A stretch of DNA of 64,000 nucleotides from positions 64,001-128,000 of the forward strand of contig CAVWIP010000017.1 in the NCBI GenBank assembly GCA_963755125.1. Reading direction: 5' to 3'. A program made the position numbers and the translations under genes. Source of the stretch: an uncultured delta proteobacterium (lineage in GTDB: Bacteria > Myxococcota_A > Polyangia > Fen-1088). Each line of letters opens with the position of its first letter. Within the stretch, counting starts at the first letter, position 1. The notes beneath the pieces are model-generated. The model did no database searches. It was not told the DNA's origin and was given only the letters and a program-made list of their open reading frames with translations. This document shows positions 31,865-40,562 of the stretch, one piece after another.

Positions 31865-33051
31865 TTCCGCCCCTCGATCTGTCTGCGCGTCTCTTCCAGC
31901 TCGGCAGAGAGGAGCTTTTCATTCGGCAACGCGGTGAGGTACTCGCGGACGAGCAGTTTGTTGGGCAAGGCATCGGTGGCGTAGTGGACCAGAGCCTCGC
32001 TCTTTCCGCTGCACAGGATGATGCCCACGGGCGGGTTTTCGCCGGGCTGCACCCAGTGTTCACGGGCATAGTTGAGGTACATGTGCATCTGCCCAGCGTC
32101 AGCGTGGGTGAAACGCCCCAGCTTGAGATCGAAGATCACCAGGCAACGCAGGCGCCGGTGGAAGAAGAGTAGATCCACACGATACCATTCGTCGTCGATG
32201 CGCAGGCGGCGCTGGCGGCCGACAAAGGTGAAGTCGTTGCCCAGTTCCAAAAGAAAGGTTTCGAGGTGGCGGATGAGGGCATCCTCCAGGTCGCTCTCGG
32301 AATACTCATCGCGCAGGCCGAGAAATTCGAGGACCAGGGGATTGCGGATCTCCTCATCGGCCGTGACGGCGTCGCCCGGCTGTGGCTTGGCGCCCTTGGT
32401 GAGCATGGCGGCCTTGTTGCGCGAAAGGGCCGTGCGCTCGTAGAACTGACTGTCCATCTGGCGCTGGAGCTGGCGCACAGACCAGCCGCCACGCAAAGCC
32501 TCGGTCTGGTAGAAAGCGAAGGCTTCGGGCGAGCGGCTGCGCCGGATCAAGAGGACGTAGTGTGACCAAGGCAAGGGGAACGCCCGGGCGATGTCGGACA
32601 GGTTGAATGGAATCGCCTGCGGTATGCCGCGTGGCTTCTGAGAAATCCCAGACAGTGTCTGGGATTTCTTGGTTGAAGAGGAGACGGACAAGGTCAAGGT
32701 CGATTTCCCAGACAGCGTCTGGGAAATCTCCTTGGTTCCGCAAACGCCGTAAAAGAGCCGCATATTCTCGATGTTCTGGACGGAAAAGCCGCGCCCAAGA
32801 CGTGCGGTGAGGTCGGAGGCCAGCCGCTTCAAGATCTGCTCGCCGTAGACGGCCCGCTTTGCGCCACCTTGCTCGAATTCGACGATGCGCCGGCCAACCT
32901 CCCAGTACGTCGCCGTCATGAATGCATTGACGGTGCGAGCGCTGGCGCGGCGAGCGGCTTCAAGCAGGTCACTGACACCGTCGAGCAGACCGGAGTAGCC
33001 GGGGGATGCGACGGGGCCAGATGTCTTGCTCTTCACGATGGACTTCTTCAT
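31861..33051 (-). CDS. YhcG/DUF1016 PD-(D/E)XK nuclease-domain protein
   Basis: YWEVGRRI, RGFSVQNI..MRLFY, LPWSHY, WSVRQL, FLLELG..F.FVGRQ, VDLLF, GQMHMYLNY. Confidence 0.93.
   Translation of the reverse strand: MKKSIVKSKTSGPVASPGYSGLLDGVSDLLEAARRASARTVNAFMTATYWEVGRRIVEFEQGGAKRAVYGEQILKRLASDLTARLGRGFSVQNIENMRLFYGVCGTKEISQTLSGKSTLTLSVSSSTKKSQTLSGISQKPRGIPQAIPFNLSDIARAFPLPWSHYVLLIRRSRSPEAFAFYQTEALRGGWSVRQLQRQMDSQFYERTALSRNKAAMLTKGAKPQPGDAVTADEEIRNPLVLEFLGLRDEYSESDLEDALIRHLETFLLELGNDFTFVGRQRRLRIDDEWYRVDLLFFHRRLRCLVIFDLKLGRFTHADAGQMHMYLNYAREHWVQPGENPPVGIILCSGKSEALVHYATDALPNKLLVREYLTALPNEKLLSAELEETRRQIEGRK
32641..32728. repeat. Two intragenic DNA palindromes, 60 bp apart
   Basis: AGAAATCCCAGAC-AGT-GTCTGGGATTTCT (32641-32669) and GATTTCCCAGAC-AGC-GTCTGGGAAATC (32702-32728). 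Confidence 0.92.
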
Positions 33052-35851
33052 GCCGCCAGCACCTCGTTGAGTTCATCGAGCAGCGTGGGCAGCTTTTCAC
33101 CGAAGAGCTGATACACCTTGCCCAGACCACCGCGTTGGCTGAATGGGGCGAAGTCGAAATCGTCGGGTTCGATGGTGAGGCTGGTGGCGATGTGGTCGCG
33201 GATCAACCGAAGCCAGACAAGCTGCTCGGGTGTGAAAACTGTTCCTGCCTTGGCCTTGCCCGCAAGCCATTCATCGAACCGCTCGACACGGAATCGGCGA
33301 AGGGTGCCAGCACGGGTTGCTGTTTCAGGGCAAAGCGGACCAGGGCGACGAGGTCGGCAAAACGTCCGGCCTGGGTGCGGCCCTTGACCTGGTCGGGCGC
33401 GGTGACGGCGAAGGCGTCCCAGAGCCGATCCTCGGTCCAGGTGGCGTGCTGGTCGCGGAGTTTCTTTTCCAGCTCCTTGAGCATCAGCTCGGTGAGGCGG
33501 TGCTTGAACGGGCGGCTGTATAGGATTTGCAGGGCGTCGATCTCGGTCTGGTGTTGCACCAGGTAGTCGCGAAACTCCTGGACCAAGCCGGCGGCCTTCG
33601 CCTTTGCGGCCTCGTCAAAGCCCTGGCTGAGGACCTCGTCGGGCGTGTAGATGTCGAGGGCTTGCTCGGTCTCCCTTTTCAGGGTTTCCAGGGTCTCACG
33701 CAGGGCGGGTTTGTCGAAGGGAGCGCAGGCTTGCACGATGAGTTGCTGGCGAGCGGCCTCGAATTGCGCGGGGGCGATCTCTTGCACCTCGGCGCCGGGG
33801 CGGCCGGTGGCGTGCTCGGCGATGGCATCGGGATCGAAGGCACGGAGTAGGGCACCAGCCAGGGTGGCAGGCGTTTGCCCGCCAGAGGCGGTGCTGATCT
33901 GCTGGCGCTGGGCAGGTTCAAGCTCGCGGTCGAGCCGGGCCAGTCGGGCGGCCAAGGTAGTCAGCGTGTCTTCGTCGCGGCCCGCCGGGAACAGCACCCG
34001 CTGGAGAAGAGCCTTGAGCGGCACCGTGGGCTGGCGGTCGAGCGGGCGGGATTCGGTCTTGTCGCTTTCGCACACGCCGACGGCGTCCACGATAATGAAG
34101 CGGGTCTTGCTGCGGGCGTCTTCCCCGGACACGGCTTGCAGATCAGTCGCAGATAGGACGCGCGTGCCACGGCCCTTCATCTGTTCAAAGTAGACGCGGC
34201 TGCGGACATCGCGCAGGAAGATCAGGACCTCCAGCGGCTTGATGTCGGTGCCGGTGGCGATCATGTCCACGGTCACCGCAATGCGGAGCGTGGGCGAGAG
34301 GCAGAATTCCCGGATGAGTTCCTCGGACTTGGCGGGCTTGCCCGTGACTGGGTGCTTGGCCTGGTAGGTGATCTTCTTGCAGAAGTCGTTGCCCTTGCCG
34401 AAGACCTCGCGGCACACGTGGACGATGTCCTCGGCGTGGGAATCGTCCTTGGCGAAGATGAGTGTCTTGGGCAACAGAGTACGGCCGGGAAAAAGCTCGG
34501 TGAAAACGACGTCGCGGTAGGTGCGCAGGACGGTGCGGATCTGGTCGGGGACGACGACGGAGCGGTCGAGATCCTGGGGCGTGAAATCGAGATCGTCAGC
34601 GAGCACGGCCTGGCGAACAGCGCGGGATGCCTTGCTGCGGTGGTCGATGAGGAACCCCTTCTCGATCTTGCCGCCCCGCTCGGTGACGCGGGTTTTGATG
34701 CGATAGACGTCGTAGCCCACGTTCACGCCATCGGCGACGGCACGCTCGTGGTTGTACTCGGCCACGCGGTTCTGGTGGAAGTAGGCGATGGTCTGCGGCG
34801 CGGGCGTGGCGGTCAGGCCGATGAGGAAGGCATCGAAGTATTCCAGCACCTGCCGCCAGAGGTTGTAGATCGAGCGGTGGCATTCATCGGTGATGATGAA
34901 GTCGAACTTCTCGATGGGCACTGCCGGGTTGTAGGCGACATCGCGGGTGCGGGTGCTGCCCAGTGCGGCGGCCAGCTCGGCGCCGGAAAGATCGTCCGCG
35001 CCTTCCGCCAGTTCCTCGCCGCGCAAGATGGAGTAGAGGCGCTGGATGGTGCAGATGGTGACGCGGCAAACGTCGTCGACATTGGGCGAGGTCAGGTGCT
35101 GGACGTTGTAAAGCTCGGTGAAGAGCCGGCCGGTGTCGGGGGTGCGGTAGCCATGGAACTCGTCGCGGGCCTGTTTGCCGAGGTTCGAGCGGTCGACGAG
35201 AAACAGGATGCGGCGAGCCCCCGCATACTTGATCAGGCGATAGGTGAAGGCGCAAGCGGTGAAGGTCTTGCCCGCGCCGGTCGCCATGTGGATGAGGGCA
35301 CGCGGACGGCTTTCGGCAAAGGAGTTCTCCAGGCCGGTGATGGCCTCGATCTGGCACTGGCGCATACCGCTGGTGACGAGCGGGTGCGCGGTGGGCATGG
35401 CCTTCAAGCGGCCGCGCAAGGTGTTGGGCTCGGCCGCCCAATCCGCGAGGGTTTCGGGACGATGAAACGAAAACACCTGGCGAGATCGGGGATCGGGATC
35501 GCGCTGGTCGCGGAAGAAGGTTTCAACTCCGGTCGATTCATACAGGAAGGGCAGAGGACCCGTGAAACCAGCGGCGAGAAAATCAGGCAGGCCGCTGGCG
35601 TAGCGGGCTGACTGTTCGGCGACGCCGGAAAGCGTGGTGCCTTCCTTCTTGGCCTCCACCATTCCAACGGGTTTGCGGTCCACCAGCAGGAAGTAGTCGC
35701 AACGTCCGGTCTTGAGCTTGACCTCGCGCAGGGCAACGCCACGGCCTGCCGAGAAATCCACTGCCGAGTAGTCCTGAACCACCCATCCGCACGCAAGCAG
35801 TTGGGCATCAATCTGCTCACGGGCGCGTTGTTCAGGGTTCAGGTCGGGCAT
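33048..35851 (-). CDS. hsdR: Type I R-M restriction subunit (EcoEI-like C-terminus); one-base frameshift near 33285
   Basis: VEAKK nuclease motif, MATGAGKT, DECHR, GLTATP, QMKGRGTR; shifted frame continues ERFDEWL...FTPEQLVWL...GGLGKVYQLFG...LNEVLAA*, overlapping the yhcG start. Confidence 0.93.
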
Positions 35852-36023
35852 GAAGCGCTTGCGCATATCATAGCCCATCGCTGTAATTTCGGGTGCGAAC
35901 TTCGTCGGCGCTCGGGGCTCGGTCTGATCCTCAGGGCTCTCGGGGTGAGATGATCCCCCTCGTGATGGTCCGAATCGAGATCGTGTTAGATGGGTATGAC
36001 GAATCCATCCTTGCCAAGACCGG

Positions 36024-36542
36024 CTACTTCCGGGACGTGAGCATCTTCCAAAGGAGGGCTTCGTCCCTATTCGGCCGTCGTCGAAACGAGCGGACGGGTT
36101 CTTCAGCCTGAGCGTTGGACTTGCGGGACAGGCCGTACTTATTGAGAATGCGCGGGTTCGCTGCGTGGGCGATTCCGATCATCTTCTTTTCAAGCGCTAC
36201 TATAGCCCTCACGTCAGCCTTGCCTTGGCCCGGTTTGCCCTGCGGTATCAGGAACAGGATAGGCGTGCCCCTGTTCCTGAGGAGGGTGTCTCTGATCTTC
36301 GACAAGACATGGTCGGAGCAGCACTCCGCCTCGAAACTCTGTCTCGTGGCGCGACCAACCCAGGCCGGAATGCTCTTCCTCGAACCGCGCACCCCGACGA
36401 GATAGACGCCCTTCTTCCCGCCGCACTTCGTCTGTTTGATCTTCTTCTTGAGATCGGCATGGTCTACCGATCCGTTCTTTCGGGCTTGTTCAATTGCGCA
36501 CACGCCGGAGAGCACGAGCGCATTACCAGCTTGCCTGATCAT
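36024..36542 (-). CDS. GIY-YIG-like nuclease-domain protein
   Basis: KGVYLV...WVGRAT...LEKKMI...NPRILN resembles the GIY/YIG/E/N pattern; GGGAG RBS. Confidence 0.5.
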   Translation of the reverse strand: MIRQAGNALVLSGVCAIEQARKNGSVDHADLKKKIKQTKCGGKKGVYLVGVRGSRKSIPAWVGRATRQSFEAECCSDHVLSKIRDTLLRNRGTPILFLIPQGKPGQGKADVRAIVALEKKMIGIAHAANPRILNKYGLSRKSNAQAEEPVRSFRRRPNRDEALLWKMLTSRK

Positions 36543-36604
36543 CTTGCATCTCCCTATGGTTGAAGTGTCATCGGAACGGAAATGGTCTTCATGGGGATCA
36601 ATAC

Positions 36605-36814
36605 CTACTTTGGCGCTAGGGCCTTCCGAATCGCGAAGGTCCCGATGAATCCAGCGATGCGTCCCACGTGGCGGTAGAGCTTGAGTCGCTCGTCGTTGAC
36701 GAGGAGCCGGGCTTCAAGTTCCTCGATCGGCATTTCCTCGTAGGTATGCTGCTGTCCTGACGACGCAAACAACGAGGGCAACGTCAACTGCCTCTGGATC
36801 AAGCTGCCGATCAT
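36605..36814 (-). CDS. Small hypothetical protein
   Basis: ATGA overlap with the upstream gene, GGAGG RBS, hydrophobic C-terminus. Confidence 0.6.
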   Translation of the reverse strand: MIGSLIQRQLTLPSLFASSGQQHTYEEMPIEELEARLLVNDERLKLYRHVGRIAGFIGTFAIRKALAPK

Positions 36815-37131
36815 CGCGCCCTCCACGTCGAGAACAGGCCGCAGCCGATCTGGAACACGCCACCGGCAACGAGGCCCTCCATGGAGCCCTTCAAGGCAGC
36901 ATTGATCAGCATGGCATCCTGGGTGCGAATGTGCGCGATCAACCGCCGGCGATACTCAAGATCCTCTGTGACAACCTCGGCACCCGGGATAGGAGTCGCC
37001 TGTGCCTTGAGTACCTGGTCAAGGCTCGCGCCCAGATCACGATCTTCGCCGTGGCCGCTGCGCGGGACAGATACTGGGGCGGCGAAGGAGTTCTGCAAGG
37101 CTGATGGCAGCCTGGTGATGGGAGTGTCCAT
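36811..37131 (-). CDS. Small hypothetical protein with Gly-rich hydrophobic C-terminus
   Basis: AGGAG RBS; co-oriented in the operon. Confidence 0.65.
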   Translation of the reverse strand: MDTPITRLPSALQNSFAAPVSVPRSGHGEDRDLGASLDQVLKAQATPIPGAEVVTEDLEYRRRLIAHIRTQDAMLINAALKGSMEGLVAGGVFQIGCGLFSTWRAR

Positions 37132-37167
37132 TGTTGTGCTCCTGGTATGTCGATCGCTGATGTACGG

Positions 37168-37518
37168 CTAGGCCACGCCTGAGCCGTTGTTGAAGTTGAA
37201 GGGGACGGCCAGCTTCTCTGGCGAGAGCCCCAACTGCTCAGTGCGAACCGGGGGACTCAAACTGTTCGCGTTGACGAAGGAAATCGTCTTGAAGATCTCG
37301 CCGTCAAACCAGTCGCGGTAGGCCGGCTCTTCCTTCCTCCGCTGGATGGCCGCCGCCAGAAGGGTCGGACATATCGCCAAACCACGGATGGCCTCAAGGG
37401 AACGAAAGAAGCATCGAGTGTGGCAGATTTGGCAAACCATGTAGGGGCGTGCCTTCCTATCGAAACGCACTTCACAGGCGTTCTCAGCCAGACAGAACAT
37501 GCACGTCCTGAGTGTCAT
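37168..37518 (-). CDS. Small zinc-finger protein
   Basis: CMFC...CQIC pairs; ATGA overlap with the ATPase stop codon. Confidence 0.7.
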   Translation of the reverse strand: MTLRTCMFCLAENACEVRFDRKARPYMVCQICHTRCFFRSLEAIRGLAICPTLLAAAIQRRKEEPAYRDWFDGEIFKTISFVNANSLSPPVRTEQLGLSPEKLAVPFNFNNGSGVA

Positions 37519-38258
37519 GTGGAAACCTCGGTCGCGCCGTCGATCGGGCCGGCTGCGGGGCTCACAGGTAAGACATCGCCACCAACCCCATCGAGATCCT
37601 GGAATCTGGACTTGACGAGCCGCCACGTCATCTTTTCAACGACGACATGGACATCTGCCTCGTGCTGCAAGGCCATCGCACCGGCTGGCTCTCCGCCCTT
37701 GGTAATTTGGAGGACGGCGACCAAAACATTGAGGCTGGGAAGGACCCCGAGGAGATGGCGAAGCTCAGCAGCAGTCCAGCAACACTCTTGGACCGAGTCA
37801 ACCACGAGCGACGTGACGCTCTTTTGGGACGCAAGTTCGACCACCTGGTCGACCGTCGGCCGCTCGATAATGTGGAAGTCGCCACGCCGGACATTGCATC
37901 GGGCCAGCCGCGCCGCGAGCGTGGGACTGATGCCTTCCTCGGCCGACACGAGCAAGGCAGGACCGGCCACACCGTTTGCCAGTCGTGTGGACCACGTGGA
38001 CTTGCCGCCCCCAGGGGGGCCGCTGTCCAGGACCAGGGAACGGACACCGAGATGGAGGTCGGGATATGCCTGCTGACTGACACTGCCCCAGCCCATTCGC
38101 GCGACCTCGCGGGCCGTCGAAATTCCAGGCTGATAGTCCACCTGGGCGCGGTTGCGATAGGAAAAGGGCACGAGCTGGCCGCTGCCCCAGCAGCCGGAAC
38201 AGAAGGGAAAGTGACGCTCGTATTGTGCGCCACAACGGAGGCAACGGTAAACGAACAT
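37515..38258 (-). CDS. Short RadA/Sms-like RecA-fold ATPase with an N-terminal zinc finger
   Basis: CLRC...CSGC; GPPGGGKST; VSAEE; VVDSVQ; ITKGGEPAG..ALQHEADV; VKSRF; no Lon-like C-terminal domain. Confidence 0.8.
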   Translation of the reverse strand: MFVYRCLRCGAQYERHFPFCSGCWGSGQLVPFSYRNRAQVDYQPGISTAREVARMGWGSVSQQAYPDLHLGVRSLVLDSGPPGGGKSTWSTRLANGVAGPALLVSAEEGISPTLAARLARCNVRRGDFHIIERPTVDQVVELASQKSVTSLVVDSVQECCWTAAELRHLLGVLPSLNVLVAVLQITKGGEPAGAMALQHEADVHVVVEKMTWRLVKSRFQDLDGVGGDVLPVSPAAGPIDGATEVST

Positions 38259-38624
38259 CGAATCGCCTACTGTACTGAGACTCTACAATACGGACTGTAC
38301 CATATGCGGGGCAAGTGTGGAGAAGATTATGCGGTGGTGACAATGGAGTAAAGGAAACGGCGCAAATGCAATTGAGTGTAGTGTCCACTGAATATCAGGG
38401 AGTTCCCGGGGCGTCCAATGAAGGCCAGTAGAGTCCACGGAGGCCGAAAGAACCATCCCAGTGCCGGGCGAACTGGGGCCACGGGCCATGTAAGGGACGT
38501 GCTGGAGGGGATTGATGGCAGTCTCCTACAGCAAGAACACCGGCATGGTGACAGGAGTACACACCGTCGTTCCGATTAGGGGACGTCAGGGCGTGGGCCG
38601 GCTTCAGCAATATCTGGCTTTCGC

Positions 38625-40562
38625 TCACCCCGCATCGGTCTCCGCCCACGTGCGCCTGATGGTTGCCTTGACGGAGATCGGCACGGTTGGCACGAACTCC
38701 CGCATCCCTTCCTTCATAGCCAGAACGACCACGGATTTCACCTGCTCCGCGACATCTGCGGGCGCCTCGACAAGAACTTCGTCGTGTACGGTGAGAATCA
38801 GCCTCGCCCTGAAGGCTGGCAGGCGCTCATGGAGCAAGATCATGGCAAGCTTGAGCGCATCGGCGCCTGTTCCTTGCACGGCCGTGTTCAAGCGCGCGCA
38901 GTAGCTATTCGCGGGGTCAGCGAATTTGCGCAAACGGCCGCTTGCAGTTCGGACCACGGAGGAATTGCTGCGCGAGACGGCATCCTGCCACTGCGCGATA
39001 CCCGGGTAGGCAGCGAGAAACCTATCACGAAAGCGAGTGGCTTCATCAAGCGTCATCGTAACGCGAGATCTTTCGTAGGCGTATACGACGAGCGTGTCTG
39101 CCCCCATTCCGTTGAGTAACCCCAAGTTCACTATCTTGCCAGTGTCGTGGTCCCTGTCGGTCACCTCGGATTCGGGTTTGTTGAGCAGCAAGGCGGCGGT
39201 CATGGTGTGTGGATCGTCGCCGCGCCTGAACACTTCCAGCAAACGCTGATCCTGAGTAATGTGGGCGACGACCCTCAAGTCAGCAGCTTTGATGTCAGCG
39301 GAGACGAAGAGATAGCCCGAACTGGGCTCGATGCACCCCCGGACGGCGGCATCTTTGGGAAGTCCCATCAGGTTTGGCTTGGAGCAGCTCAGGCGGCCCG
39401 TGACGGCCGAACAGGGATCGATGGATGCGTGGACGCGGTTTCCTTCGTCGGCTTCCCCTTGGGCCTGGAGGATCTCCAGGATCTCTTTCCCTGGTCCTCG
39501 GACGAAACTAGCGACGGAGTGATAGTCCAGCAGGTCTTGTACGTAGGGGCGGTTCAGGTATGGGGCCAACGTCTCAGCACTCATGCCATCCATGTCGCAT
39601 CCGAGGGCATGCAGGGCAGTTTTCACCTGCGGATAGGAGTCAGGGTTTACGTTCCCGAGCTGCTGCAACAGGCGGGCCTTCAAGCGCAACATCCCAGCCC
39701 GGCGCTCCGACACCAGGTCACACCATCGCTGTTTGTTGACGCCCACGCCGGCCATGTCCATGTCCACCAGCACCGGAAGCAGCTTGCACTCCAACGTGTA
39801 CACCAGTTCGAGCCCATCTTTCGCGATGTCCACTGCCAGGGAGTCGTGGAGCCGGGGCAATTCTCTGACATCCGACGCGGCGCTTTGGAGTTGGGGAAGC
39901 GTGAGCCTGCCTGTCCAATCCTCGCTCTGTGGATCCCGGCAGGTGTGGACGCCAAGATGTCGTTCATAGAGATTGGCCAGGGAGGAGTAATCGTCACGGT
40001 TGCCTTCGGCATGAAGGCCGCCATCAAGAAGACGTGCGGCGGTCCGCGTGCAGTAGGCCGTGTGTGGGGTCACGCCGTAGTGCTGGCGCAACACCTTGAG
40101 GTGGTAAAGGGCATTGTGGGCGATCACGGTCGCATCGCCAAGAGCCTGGGCGAGGGTTGTCATGTCCCCGATCGCCGTGAGATCGAGGAGAAATACCTTT
40201 CCGTCAGGTGTGGCCAGTTGGAGGAGCCGGGGTCTGTGATGCATGGGATCGGAACCAATGGGCTTGGTGCCAAGGGCAACGCGCCCAGCCCGACGGACGG
40301 CATAGACGGCGGCATCAAACTGGTCGGCCGAGGCCACGAGCGCGTAGTCGTCGTGGGATGGCCTGGCGGTGTCCGCTGGCCTAGGCATTTGGGCGGCTTG
40401 GCTGCGGAGCAGCGCAATCAGCTCGGGCTTGAAAGCAGAGATCGTGGGTCGCAGCGCGTGCCGTGCGTCTTTGGGGCCTATCACCCGGATCCGGTCACCA
40501 TCCAGACGCAGGTGAACGCCATGGGAGTGGCAGGCAGCGAGGAGGATATCAAGGGGTGTCAG
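38625..40562 (-). CDS. Divergent family A DNA polymerase (TubC_N-like N-terminus, degenerate 3'-5' exonuclease); probable CTG start
   Basis: TGRLSCSKPNL, SADIKAADLR, KIVNLGLLNG, NTAVQGTGAD, VHDEVL; the frame is open back to a CTG overlapping the primase stop, with GGAGGA upstream. Confidence 0.88.
   Translation of the reverse strand: MTPLDILLAACHSHGVHLRLDGDRIRVIGPKDARHALRPTISAFKPELIALLRSQAAQMPRPADTARPSHDDYALVASADQFDAAVYAVRRAGRVALGTKPIGSDPMHHRPRLLQLATPDGKVFLLDLTAIGDMTTLAQALGDATVIAHNALYHLKVLRQHYGVTPHTAYCTRTAARLLDGGLHAEGNRDDYSSLANLYERHLGVHTCRDPQSEDWTGRLTLPQLQSAASDVRELPRLHDSLAVDIAKDGLELVYTLECKLLPVLVDMDMAGVGVNKQRWCDLVSERRAGMLRLKARLLQQLGNVNPDSYPQVKTALHALGCDMDGMSAETLAPYLNRPYVQDLLDYHSVASFVRGPGKEILEILQAQGEADEGNRVHASIDPCSAVTGRLSCSKPNLMGLPKDAAVRGCIEPSSGYLFVSADIKAADLRVVAHITQDQRLLEVFRRGDDPHTMTAALLLNKPESEVTDRDHDTGKIVNLGLLNGMGADTLVVYAYERSRVTMTLDEATRFRDRFLAAYPGIAQWQDAVSRSNSSVVRTASGRLRKFADPANSYCARLNTAVQGTGADALKLAMILLHERLPAFRARLILTVHDEVLVEAPADVAEQVKSVVVLAMKEGMREFVPTVPISVKATIRRTWAETDAG

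Noticed and set aside
38260..38624. Intergenic region with GTCCA repeats and CTGTAC motifs (SOS box or ncRNA?)
   Set aside because: No convincing palindrome, consensus match or stable fold by eye.
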